Below are positions 37,521-50,030 of a stretch of DNA of 64,000 nucleotides, in pieces (position 1 is the first letter of the stretch; the number at the start of each line of letters is the position of its first letter). Source of the DNA: Amphiscolops sp. MND2022 (lineage: Eukaryota); the NCBI GenBank assembly GCA_964187785.1, contig OZ076409.1:14324001-14388000 (forward strand), in the 5' to 3' direction. The translations under genes were made by a program, and so were the position numbers. The notes beneath the pieces are model-generated. The model saw only the letters and a list, made by a program, of their open reading frames with translations. It made no database searches and had not been told where the DNA came from.

Positions 37521-39197
37521 AACTAGTCAGAGTCAAGTGGATAGATAGTCAAGTGGTAGAGATAGTCAAGTGGATGGAGATAACCAAGTGGAGTTTTGGC
37601 AGAATTTGGAAAAAAAACGCGTCACAGATCATGATTTTCCTCCCCCATTTGTAAAATGTGGGGTCGGAAAATAACTACATTTTGAATATTTTGATGCTGA
37701 GTAACGTTTGGCTGATGATATTCTAGGGGCGCAATCACTATGCTTGTTTTGCGTCCTAATTGGGTGTATTGTATATGTTCTATGTATCTCAGAACACCCA
37801 ATTGAATGACCTATTTTTATTTCTGTGCTTTTGGTGTGTTTGAATTTGAATGACATGTCAAGAGTTCCAGTTTAATGCTAACTCCACCAATTTTTCATGT
37901 TCGGTTCTGAATGCAAACCAAATTAAACTTTTTAGGTAGCTGTCAGTCGAAAATTTTTAGTGTTTGTTCATGTGATGGGTCATAAATTTCAATTAAAAGT
38001 CTCAAAACTGTCATTCCAATGCGCAATCCAGACTGAAAAATTTCTAGTCCAGGTCAAAATGGATTTAGCTAAACTTGTTTGGTTCCAAAGTAAATACAAA
38101 CTAAGTACCAGAACTTTGAGATTCCTGGAAAGACCAACCATGATAAACCAAATAATCGGTCAAAAATTTATTGTAACCACTCTACCGCCTGAAAGATCAA
38201 ACCGTGATTCGGGTAACTTGATCAATCAAATCGAGTCTTTTTTGCCGACGCCGTCTTAAGATTCCATTGGAGCGTTAACAAGCGTTCTTATCTGAATTTG
38301 TTTCAATCGAATTACCCTCTCTGCTAACTTGAGAAGACGATTGGAGACTTTGCGGTTCAGGACAGTTAGTTGATTCATACCTGTTTACGGCAGCCTCAGC
38401 AGGGTAAAGATTCTTTCGAGGAAGGCACTGGAATTAAGCGTGCGAGAAGACTCCACCCCTCGATTCCATATAATTATGAAGCCATCTTTTCTCGAGAAGT
38501 TCTCCCTTATTACCCCATGAATGAATTTACTTTCCCAACTTTTCTACCTACTTTCGAGTTTTTCTTCAACAGTTATTTGTTCAGAGAAGTGGCTACACGT
38601 TGTACGTGATGTGCCACCGGGTTTGTTGATTGGTTTATATACTTGTATGTTTTTTATATATAAGCAGGAATTACATTTTTGATACAGGGGCGAAAGTGAA
38701 TGAATTTATAGGGTATGGAAGCGGCGGCTGCAGCGGTTAACCTAATAAGTTGTAGGCTGAGAACATATTTTAATGAGCAGACACGTGGTGATAGTCTAAC
38801 AAACAGAGGGGGTACCCTGTTAATCAGAAGTGACTGGTCGGCTCGTCCTAATTGAATTTGTCACATCTCTCGCCATAAACTACCAGCCACAATAACTTCC
38901 TGGGCTCAAACAACAAATTATATCTCCAGCCAAAAGTCCGCCGTCACACCTACCTCCGCTTTAACTGCCTACCAAAAAATCCCACGCGAAAAAAAAACAG
39001 ACAAGAGTCAAAAAGTTCTGAGAAATTCAAAAGGTAATGAAGGTCAAATTTAATGCGGTGAAAATATGATGAATGGAAAAAGTAATGGAAAAAAGTAACT
39101 TTTTTCTAGGAGACCTCCACCCAAAAACAACGGTGATACAAAAATTGCATAGGTGACTATTCAATAATTACTTAATTGAACCTTCCTTGAATTGAAA

Positions 39198-39787
39198 CCC
39201 AGGCTGTCCGGTCATGGACTTCCGTTCATGAGTCATCCATGAGTCATGGCTCGATTTGACATGGACCATGAATGGGAAACCATGTATCAAGGATGGTTAT
39301 CCATGAATATCCACGAACCATGGATGGTTGTTTTTGAATTTATCACCTAATTATACACAAAAAAGGGGACGTGACAGTTGATTCGTTTATGTGAGAGTGG
39401 ACTTCATTATAGTATCCCAGTGAAGACATAAAGCGTCACCATGACAATTTTCAAACAAGTTTAATTCGGTTTTGGAAATAATTTGTCGGCAGTATGCAGA
39501 AAAATTCTGAAAAAAGTTGTATATCTTGTTTTCGAACATGCACCAGGGCCTCTGATAAGGACTTAGTGAAAAACATTTTCTATTGGCACTCAGTGCAAAA
39601 CTTGTAACATAGTTCTAAAACATCATGAATTTCATGAGTTGATCTTTTTTCATGGAATAATCAAGAGTTATTATGGATGAATCATGCAGTGAAATGAGCC
39701 TTGATTATTCATGACTCATGTGAACTGGTTCAAGAATCCTTCATCATGAATGATTTTTCGTGAACAAATCATGACAGAAACGCTGGG
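39198..39787. mobile_element. CATG-rich MITE-like element with CCCAG...CTGGG termini
   Basis: CCCAGGCTGTCCGGTCATG ... CATGACAGAAACGCTGGG; dense TCATGA/CCATGG palindromes. Confidence 0.55.
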
Positions 39788-40114
39788 TAGTTGCTTCGTT
39801 TTTGTTGAGAAGACTTGTCATCAAAAATACTTTTTATCTAATTTCCAAAAACAACCCTCTTACTGACACCTTGGCTGTCTTGGCAAGATCTTGTCAAATT
39901 CCTAATACATCTTGGCAACCATGGATCCCATGGCAAGATTCCGACTAAGATTTTACAAAGATGTATCATTGTCCGAAGATCGAATCGTACTAAGATTGAA
40001 AAAATTCCAAGATTTCAAAATTTCGATCAAGAGTGCTGAAAATAGCTACATTCTTATCAGATTTTTTTGCCGGCTCTTTACGCAATTTCTCAGCCGGAAC
40101 TTGATTTCCTATAA

Positions 40115-40314
40115 NNNNNNNNNNNNNNNNNNNNNNNNNNNNNNNNNNNNNNNNNNNNNNNNNNNNNNNNNNNNNNNNNNNNNNNNNNNNNNNNNNNNNN
40201 NNNNNNNNNNNNNNNNNNNNNNNNNNNNNNNNNNNNNNNNNNNNNNNNNNNNNNNNNNNNNNNNNNNNNNNNNNNNNNNNNNNNNNNNNNNNNNNNNNNN
40301 NNNNNNNNNNNNNN
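40115..40314. other. Assembly gap (200 N)
   Basis: Run of N; sequence on the two sides need not be truly adjacent. Confidence 1.
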
Positions 40315-41980
40315 ACCATAATCCAGGCTTTGCTGGAATACAAGGACGTTGTACCTTGGTATGTTTTCCATGTATTTAAGATGCTTGTTCCAAAAAGTTT
40401 GAAGAAACACTGAGATTATTTGCTTCGGTCACTGAGGGATTTTCGGAAGTTTTTCAAAACTTCAATTTCGGAAACTTTCAACCCTGATGGCTAGTTTTTG
40501 ATCAATCGTGAATAGGAATTTGTCTTGATACTTGTACGAATATCCCCACCTGCGAATCTGATATTGAATCCGGTGACTTTCATCTCTTTGAATATGACAG
40601 GCAATCTCCTTGACTCAAAAAACTGCCATTTGAGTCGAATCACAAATGGATTTATCAAAGAAGAGAAAAAGAAGACGAAGAAGAAGAAAATGAAGAAAGG
40701 TGCGATTTTGACCGGCTACAAAAGGAGAGAAATTTGATCGCAGCTGCGGAGAAGCTAAGTGCCTACAAAAAAGGGATGTATGACTTAAGGGGGGACACAT
40801 GAAATGAATGGCCGTGGTTATAGCTATTCCGTGGTTATAACCTACAGAGGCCATTGATAAACAACAAAAATAAACGGAAGAAAAACACGTAAAAGAACAT
40901 TCAAATAATGAAAGAACAACCAAATAAAAACAACCCATCCTTTACACTCAAAATTTCCTATCAATATTTCGTTAAAAATTTTCTAAATGTGACTGAGAGG
41001 TTTTGGAGCATTATATGGAAACTCATTGCTGAGAATGAAAATATCCACAAAAAACTATTATGAAAAAGCATTTATTTTCTGAAACAAGTGCCGATCAACA
41101 ACAGATTACGTGTTTCGGTTTTTGCTTTTGATCTCGTGTTTCCTGGAAAATGGAACCGCTTGTAATTATGCTTGCCAACCTCTTCTCAAAAACAATTCTC
41201 TAGATTCAAGAGATTACTTGAAACTTCATTTTAAAATCAATTTCAATTTTTCAATTTAATGTTACACTTTATTTCAGACAGAAAATGATTTATTCAACCC
41301 ATCTGGGAACAAATTGTTCGAATGCCATTCAAGGTTGATTGCCGATTTTGAATTTGAAATACTTTTCGAAGTCAGTTTATGAGACAAGAAATAGCTTTGA
41401 TTGTCTCAAAAAAAACAGATGATTCGTGAAATTATATTAATTTGTGAATGCCGAACAATTTTTGTAATTATGATCTAGAATTGGAATAAACAAACTCCAA
41501 AAAGACAGAGAATACATTCTAAAATCTGCGCTGTTTTTATCAGCAAATTTGTTTAAATTACATAAGGAAATCGAGTAAATTTGGTGCTAATTTTTGCAAT
41601 TTATATGGTAAATTGCAAAAATTAGGTCGAAGACCTGGGTAATTATCATCTCAAATTGAAATCAAAATGACATTAAAAAAAACATTTTTTTTTCAAATTT
41701 GAAATCAGCAGTTCTAATGTAAAAAACATTGGAGTGACATAAAAATCAAAAAACCCCTCTGTAGCTGCTTCAGAAAACGCGTTTCCGGATTGCGCCCTTG
41801 GAAGCCAATATGATAATGTGTGATTCTGATGCGAGTGCTTTTAGCATGAATAGCCAACAGGTGAAATCGAATTTTGAAAAACTTCTCACATCTTTACCTG
41901 CGCACTATGATCACACTATAATCATACTTTGACAATCGTTTTGACCCAAGTTCATACTATGACAGTATAAATCACGATAT

Positions 41981-42355
41981 TTAGTCAGCGCTTTTCCATT
42001 AAGGAAAAAAGCCCGACTGTTACAGTGAATACTTTTTGTCAGTCTTACTCTTTTTGTCCTCTTTTTGTGTGCACAGTGCACTTTTACCATAGGTACTTAG
42101 TACTGAATTTTGAACGCATCCAAAGCCCCTAACATGAAATACAAAACCATTACAGAGTAGAAAGGCCCCCTTTTTCTCTTACCTGGCACTATCGGACTCT
42201 CCCATTTTTTCGGTTAATGAGACTTTTTCAAAACAATTTTAATGTCTCCAAAGGCTCCATCCTTCAATTTTTGATATTTTACAACAGAATGGATGGTAAA
42301 AAAATTCCTTAAGTGCTACCCTTTTACATTTTTTGGTAATATGAGACTGTTTAAG
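41981..42355 (+). mobile_element. HINE/DINE-1-like 5' partial copy
   Basis: TTAGTCAGCGC...CCCGACT 5' end plus GGCACTAT.GGACT modules. Confidence 0.5.
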
Positions 42356-45172
42356 TTTCTCACTTCAAGAGCTTTGAATGCTAATTCTGTACATGAAACC
42401 TACTGAACAATTGTTTTTCAGCACGCGTCATCTGAATTTACATGAATCGTATTGTAACTCAGAGTTTCCGGATGGTGAAAAACATTATGTATGCCCTAGT
42501 TGAGACTGCTTGAACTTTTTACATAGTGCAGGCCTGCATGCAGGGTAATTGTTTTAAAACCTAGAAAATTCAGTATGCATCCGTTGGTAAATCTTGTATA
42601 AATGCACTGCATTCTCCACTACTGCAATTAAATTTAAAAACATTTCCCACTTCTTTACGGACATGATCACATTGTATTCACACATTAATTTCTCAACTAC
42701 TCATCCGATGTAATCACCGCTTCTCAAACAAGACGCTGAAGATGACGCTACTTTGTTGTTTACATTGTGAATAAAGTTACTTTGCATTAAATTGGCGGCA
42801 AGATTGTTAACGTCTCAGGTGCATTCAAAATTAGAACTGATGCATGATAAAACTTGCGGAATTTCACGGCTTGAAATTGCCGCCAAAACTTTGGTGATTC
42901 TTTCAAGCTGCTTGATAAATGTTGATGACAACAGGGAAATTATAACGCACTAAAGATTTCGGAAGAGATTTAGAAAATCATCGAAAAAGTTGCTGGCAAC
43001 TTTAAAAGCATATAAAAAGTTTGTGGAAGTTCAACAAGGGTCTATTCGTAGTTCAATGAAGATAATAACAAAATAGAAAAAATTTTCCAAAACACGCTGG
43101 CTTCTCTAGTTGAAACGGCTGCAAAGCTTTATATTCTGCTTTCATCCATACTTTCGAAAGGCTCACTTCTTTACAAACAAGGCACATTCCGGTAGCCTGC
43201 TTGGAATTACTCTGGAGGAATGCAATGCAGCGTGCACTATTTCAATAAAAATTGAAGATGATTGTATTTCTTCACCGTCTCGATCACTTTGGTTCCGCTT
43301 TCAAGTTTCTCATATACTCAACTTGTGTAATCATCGTAAGTCACATTACACGCAGATCATGTCGTTACTTTGAAACGTTCAACATGACTGGAGTAAATTT
43401 GCAATAAAACGGCGGTAAAATTGATAAGGCGATGAAGTCTCAACTGCATTTAGAAGAAGAACTGCTTCTAACTGAAACAAGGGCCTCCCGCTTGGCCGAA
43501 TTATGAAATTCAATTATCGCGTGATCAAATCCGTTCTCAAATTTGATTGGAAAAAAACTCATTTCAAATGTGTGCGGACAATAGTGCATGTGAAATGAAA
43601 TCACGGTTCATATTAATTTTACAAATGAAACATGCAATTTTTCGGGTAGGCGAAACCTTTCTTATTTTCGGCCAAGTGGATATCCAAACTTCGTGGCTCC
43701 GAATTGCCGCTAAATTCAGAATGCATCTTCTAAGAGCTCGATAAAAAGCAATTTAAACAGCGAAACAGCGAAACGTTCTTGCATTGACGATTCCGAGAAA
43801 TAAATTTGCTTGGTAACCTACAAAAACTTCAAGCAAAATATTCAAGCTTTCTCAACCGGGATTATCCAGCTATAAAGGAACTGTTACACGTATACAATTT
43901 CCTTCTTGTTATATCCATCAATTTTTTCAACTGCTTTGATTGTTCTTGAGCTTTCATTCATGTTGGCGAAGGAACACGCTTGTTTCAAGGCTTTCGAATG
44001 TTATTTCATCTAGAAAAGTCCTATAATTTTGTTTTTTTTCCCCGTCAAACTGATGCATGCGTGCGATAACCGCAGTGATTTACCTCATTGAATTCGCATA
44101 TTTTTCGTATATGAATTGTGTTCTGAACTGAATTAGTATGAAGATGAATAGAAGACCATAACTTTTTTAGTTGCAATGTGACAAGGATAGGTAGACCCCC
44201 GCCCCATGTGAGGTAACTAATTGCAGTAATTTCCGTCAGCGTATTGACAGTTTTTGGTTTTTTAATGAAAAACAGGAATCATTCTTGTGTCCCCGATGCC
44301 ACCAAAATTGTAACCCCGCCTTTATTTACATGTAACACTGATGCAAAAATTCACACTTAGTATTTCAATCACATGGTGTTATCTTTGGAAAATTTCATCT
44401 ATGAAAAAATTGCATACCTGTCATATCTTTTTCAAACATTTTTTCAGTAAATTTTTAGTGGAACGTTCACGTTCACGTTCAATGTTCTTTCGAAAGAATG
44501 AGACGAAAAATTAATTTCGTTCCATGTTAGAACAGTGTACAACAAGTACCTCAAAAGACAGAATGAGAACTAGCCGTGAACTTCGTTTTCGTCTCATGTC
44601 ACTTTGAATTCTCCTCTCCAACTTTTTTCTCCAATTTCAAAGAGATCACTAACATACACACTGCGGCTGTTCCAACACTACCCCATGTTTCCAGTCTCCT
44701 TTGAGTTAGAACTAGGTTTCGTTGAAAAAGTGCCAAAAATGTTGGTGTATATGCATGGGATTGATCTATGGTCCTTTTAACTAGGAATACAACGCTCTAA
44801 CCATTGTGGTTCTAACCAGGAGTAAATATATAGGTCTTTATTAGGTTTTGGCCATTTCATAAATTGAGAAGCAAGGTGACTTCTGATTGCCGCGATATAT
44901 CCTTTTGGTGTTTTTCTTCGTGCGTCTTTTCCTTGATAGTTTTTAGTCGGTCAAAGATAAAGTGGCCGACTTGACAGTTGACCCCAATAAGCCATTTCAA
45001 TTAGTGATTACAGTGTTGGCTTCCGAAGCAGAACAAGTTCTCTCTAAAACATCTTTGCTGACAAAAAGCTCCGAACAGTATAAAGAAATGTGTACTTCAG
45101 CATTAGTTGTCGAACTTTCTGGATAATTCGGAGGAAGTTCTCTTTTTAATTACATGGAAGATCTTTATGATC

Positions 45173-45918
45173 TGTAACGGCAAGCTCTCTCCATTGCCGC
45201 TGCTCCGTCATAGAGATGGAGGAACCTATGACATGGGTATTTGCCCGGGACAGGCGCCCATAGCCATAGGCCATTTTGCCTCCTGGGTAAGAGTTGTCCC
45301 GTCAGGAGGGGGTAGTGGTATCTTAAGGAGCCCTCGCCAGCTTTATCCAGTCTTAAATTGCAGTCAGTAACGTGAATTACGCTAAGTCTTCGAAACTACA
45401 GCTTAGACAGCCTTTAAAAACGTTCCAAAAGGAAGTATAAATGTAAATTTCGCCGTTCAGGGTGACTTGGGAAATAATATCTAAAACTGCCAAGTAGCCA
45501 TAAAATCACCACAAAGGGCAATAATCTCGTCGATAACAATTATTTGGCAATGTCCACATTCAGCTCGCAAGCTGGGGCACCTCAGGCACAGATTCGTGAA
45601 TTAGACGGAAAGACCCATCTTTACGGTTTTCGCTACCTAAGGTAGCATACTGCTAAAATCAAGGTTAGCACTTGTAAAAGAGTCTCTTTTCAGAGGTTTT
45701 TGCAGTCTCTGGCGTCTGTTGTGGCGGCTGCCCTTATGGTTTTCCTCGTTCTTGCTCTTTGTTGTCGAAGTACCTCCCAATTTCATAGAAACAGCGAAAA
45801 GAGCAATCACATTGAATTAGAATTGCTGCCTGTTTGACGTTTCAAAATTTTCCTGGACTCGTACAAAGTCTAAATTCCAATATTGGCTGAATCTGCTGTA
45901 CCAGAGGGTGCCGTTACA
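45173..45918 (-). mobile_element. Solo LTR of a related Gypsy family, in opposite orientation
   Basis: Perfect 10-bp terminal IR TGTAACGGCA...TGCCGTTACA; minus-strand start TGTAACGGCACCCTCTGGTACAGCA resembles the LTR start at 62443; 746 bp versus 730 bp. Confidence 0.8.
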
Positions 45919-46098
45919 ATCCTTATGAAACTAAGAAACGTAGAATGACTACATGTCTGCTACCGGTGACAATTGAGAGAACACATCGGAGAAGGCTTTC
46001 ACTAAAACGCTGCGATAAAAACTAATAATTGGTTAAATCATGCAATCAAATCACCGAAGATTATCAATTAACCATTATCGAGTACACAACTGAATTCT

Positions 46099-46257
46099 TA
46101 CCTCAGTCACTTTTTGATTGTTTTGTACCTAACAGGTAAGAATTTTTCGATCAAGTCTTCATCGCAAATTAGCAAACCTAATAATAGTGACAGGTAAATT
46201 AGCTTTTTTGATCAGATCCAATGAAGAGGAAGGAAAACAAACCGGGAACGGCCAATG
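46099..46257 (+). repeat. 159-bp direct repeat, left flank of Gypsy element
   Basis: Identical as read to 63173-63331; separated from the 5' LTR by ATGGGC. Confidence 0.97.
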
Positions 46258-46263
46258 ATGGGC

Positions 46264-46687
46264 TGTAACGGCAAGCTCTGGTACAGCAACATCAACCGAC
46301 ATGTTTAGAAAATTTTGTCAAAAATTCGTTCAAATTTGACGTGGCACTCAAACATGCTCAAGACGAAGTACCTGCCAGAAAAAGTACCCCAAAAAAGCAG
46401 AAATCGCCGCTCGCGACGAACAAGCACCGGAGACGACTACGAAGACGTCCCCAACGCATACAGAACACGGTATTGTGTCAATCTCTAGGAGATATCCAGT
46501 AAAGGAAACCAGTGTTCCAGATGTTCGCCTGAGTATCCCTGCGGTATCCTGTGTGGCAACTAGCGCTAGCGCTGGGAACCTGAGGTCAATTCTCATCAAA
46601 TGACTCTGAACTCTTGATTTCTTGTTGTATTTTTCGATGTGGTAGATTAATATGCTCGAGAGCTGTTGTTTAACATCTGTTTATTCA
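46264..46687 (+). repeat. 5' LTR, truncated (lacks last ~298 bp and PBS)
   Basis: Matches 62443-62874 with about 3 substitutions and one 8-bp indel; similarity stops abruptly after TTTATTCA. Confidence 0.93.
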
Positions 46688-47736
46688 CTCACCAAAGTCG
46701 AGAAAAGCTCTCTGACGTTTCGACTTCAGAAAAGCACATAAAAGCCGAAAAATTCCAAAACTACAGGACTGTCAGTGCCTTATACCTAACGGGCACGACC
46801 AATTGAGGGTTTATCCCAGTGCTACGGATAGTGGGGCAACACGTTAGTCCCATTTTGCCCGCCGTATCACTTCCTGAGGTGATCCTCTTGGTCAAATTGT
46901 GAAAAAAGTAGTCAAAAACAGTGTTTTTTCGTGTTCAACGTACATAGTGAGTCGAAGACTCAAATAAGCGCTCGCGCTTCAATTCGACCATTTTAGTGGC
47001 ATTGTGAGTGCCTGCTGGCATAGACTACCAAGTTTGGTGCCGATCTGTCTGATACTTGTCGAGAAAATAGAAAAAACGTGGAGCCCAAAAAGGGGTCCAA
47101 AAAGGCAGTTTTTTTCTTAATTTTTCCAAGTAACCCGGGCACCTTAGCCGACGGGTGGGGCTACATTGCAACCCACCATCGTAACTTGTGCTAGTTCCTA
47201 GAGAATTTGAACTTGCTAGCTCTTTCCCGTGGACCGCAACCTTGAAAAAGACGTGAAAAACAGTGTATTTCGGTACATAGTGGTACCGCACGTCTGTACC
47301 TAGGTGAAACTGTGTAGAAGGGGTGCAGCTCAAAACTGTGTTCATTTTCGTAAACCTACGTGTACCTAAGATCTGCTGGTCAATTTTGGGCTGGATACGG
47401 CGCTTCCCGTGCACACCCGAGCCTTTGGAGAGTTGTCGTGCGATTTTTGAAAAATCCAAAAGTTCCTTGAAATCCTTCCTGTGGGTGACTGGAGACTTTT
47501 TGCCCCAAACCAAGTTGATTTTCTAGCCCTGTGTGCTTGTGGAAAAACGCTGTGCAAATTTGAACAGCCTACGAGCTCTAGAACGTGTTTCGAAAAATCT
47601 AGAACGTTGAATACCATCAAAATTCTTAAGTGCTCACCGGGACGACCAAGGGATCAGCTTCGAATTGAAGACCCTGGTGCGTTCGGCGACCCAATTTGAG
47701 TCTTCTGAGTAATCGTGAGCGGTATCTCGATCGCTA

Positions 47737-50030
47737 TTGATAAACGCGTTGGCCACTGAACCGATGGCGGTGTCCCATACTGGTTCACAATCATGGGTCG
47801 CGATAGAGGGTTCGCGTTTTTCAGACGACATGTCTGACGAAGTCACTATCGAACAACAGCGAAAGGAGGAATTGGCCGCTATGGTTCCTCCCTCAGAGAA
47901 CTCCAGTGTTTCTGCAAATTCGCGTCGAACTGAGCAGTGGGTCGACGAAACCTGCCGCGATAGAGCTAATGAAGTGGAAGAGGGCTGGCCTAATTCGAAT
48001 ATGACCGATGAACTGGCGGCTGAGGAAGGGTGCTCGCGCGCACCCCCGGCTGGAGAAAGACAACTTGGCTCACAAACTGACATGGAGCAGGACCTCACTT
48101 ATGTGGAAGGCATGAGTTACGCGCGACAGCGGGGACTCGGGACCACTCGAGGACCTACCCGGGTCTGTGCCTACGGGAAGCACAAGAAGGTGCGACCACC
48201 TATACTACAGGTAGGCGAGCCACGTCAAGAGGTATCCCGTGTCAGGAGTATGACAGGCTCATTGGCCTCATTGCAACGGTCTTCAGTATACAAGGCAGCA
48301 CTATTGGATGCCCAAGCCGAAACCCAACGGGCCCTAGCAGGTCTGGCCAGCACTCGTGCTGAATGCAATGAGCAACACCTTGCCATCGTAGAGAACATTA
48401 AAGTGATGCAGACGACGATGCGTGAAGGCCTGCAGGTCAGTGATCAATTGCGCACCGCGCAGAATGTGCAAAATGCTCGAGTGGACACACTGGGTCACCG
48501 GATAGGAGAGATGAATGACACGTTGATGGCTCGCGAGCTGCGCGTGGAAACGCAGATCAACGACTTAAGCAATCAGATGCACACGGTACTCAATGCCATT
48601 GATGTCATGAGGCGTGAGAGGTCACTCCCGCGGCAGCCCAGTGCAAGTGGAGGCGTGCGGAATGGAGGTCCAGTCCGTATCTCGGAGCCGACGTGCCCGA
48701 GCGAGGTAGTGAAATCGGAACTGCCGAGCGCGCTAAAGCCTAGCACTTCCAGGCCGGCAGTGCCTGCGCCCCGGAAAGATGAAGGAGTAGCCGGAAATTT
48801 GGTGATAGCCACGCCTGAAGCAGAGCGCAAGCCTGCACGAGTGCAGATGAGGGGACATCACGACTCAGCAGAATCATCGATGCCTTCTGCAATCCAGAGT
48901 ACCACTCGAGATCAAGGCGTGGACCCGATGTCGACCATCTATCTTGATTCCTCGGTTGAAGTCGACCTATCTAACACCAAAGCAACCCTAGGCTCTCAAA
49001 CCGAGGGAGCAACGTTTGCAACTGCCCCCATTTCGATGTCAGGACCAGATTCCCTATACTGGCACTCCCTGTGCTAGCAGCACTCGTAAAAAGGACGAAA
49101 TCGCCGACCTGTCGATACAAGCCACTCTTGGTAGTCATGACAGGACGCGCGAGGGGGAGGCCAAGGCCGATGAAAGAGAAGCCATATCCCCCGAGCAGCT
49201 GAGATTCACGGCCGCCATATCAAAGGCGATGTCAAAAGAGTTAGCGCCCTTACTCGCCGGCAGAGACTTGGCTCAGGCGAGGCCCAATGTATATCGCGGG
49301 TCCAAAGACGGATCCATTGATGGGTGGATCCTTATTATGCAGAGATACCTGAAGAGAACACAAACCAAGGTCTCAGCCGAGGACCAGGCTTGGAGCATCA
49401 TCGGTCACCTTGAAGGTGAAGCCCGCAACTACATCATTAACAAAGCGGAATCCGAACGTGACACCCCCGAGAAAGTGTTCGAATTGTTATCCAGCCGCTT
49501 TGGCGCTGGAGGAAACCGTATGCAAGTGCGACAAACTTTCCAGAGCCGCATTCAACAAGAGAAAGAAGACTGGATGCAGTACTTAGACGCTCTAGAGGGT
49601 CTTCGGAGTCAAGGATTCCCACAAGAGGCAATCACCACCAAGCGCTATGAAATCCTCCAGCGCTTCATGGAAGGTGTACGAGACCCAGCGCTGAGGCGGG
49701 AGCTGGCCATAGTGTATGCCTCGGAAGTCTTCCTGACCGAGCCACCTACCGTGGAATCCCTCCGCTTCACCACCCGCCAATTGCAGCGCAACCGTCCAAA
49801 ACCTAACCAATTCCCTCAACCCTATGACCCCAGACTAGCAATGAGGTCTCGACCTCATCCCTTCGCGCCACTACCCCCCAACAAAATGGTGTTACCACAA
49901 GGAGTAATGCCTCCCCCACCTGCGAGTAATGCTCCCCCAATCAAGCAGCAGTGCAGCCTGCGGCACGCCTACCCGTTGGCGCGTGCTATAATTGCGGTCA
50001 AGCTGGGCATTTTGCCCGGGACTGTCCCAC
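47737..50030 (+). pseudogene. gag: Gypsy gag (frameshifted near 49030 and 49935)
   Basis: Coiled-coil-like N-terminal region; capsid-like YRGSKDGSIDGW...HLEGEARNY...FQSRIQQEKE...RFMEGVRD; CCHC knuckle CYNCGQAGHFARDC at ~49984-50025. Confidence 0.9.

Noticed and set aside
39912..40410. ORFs spanning the N run
   Set aside because: Artefacts of the assembly gap.
49920..49960. Programmed gag-pol ribosomal frameshift
   Set aside because: The break lies upstream of the gag zinc knuckle in a C-run and is best explained by a single-base deletion.
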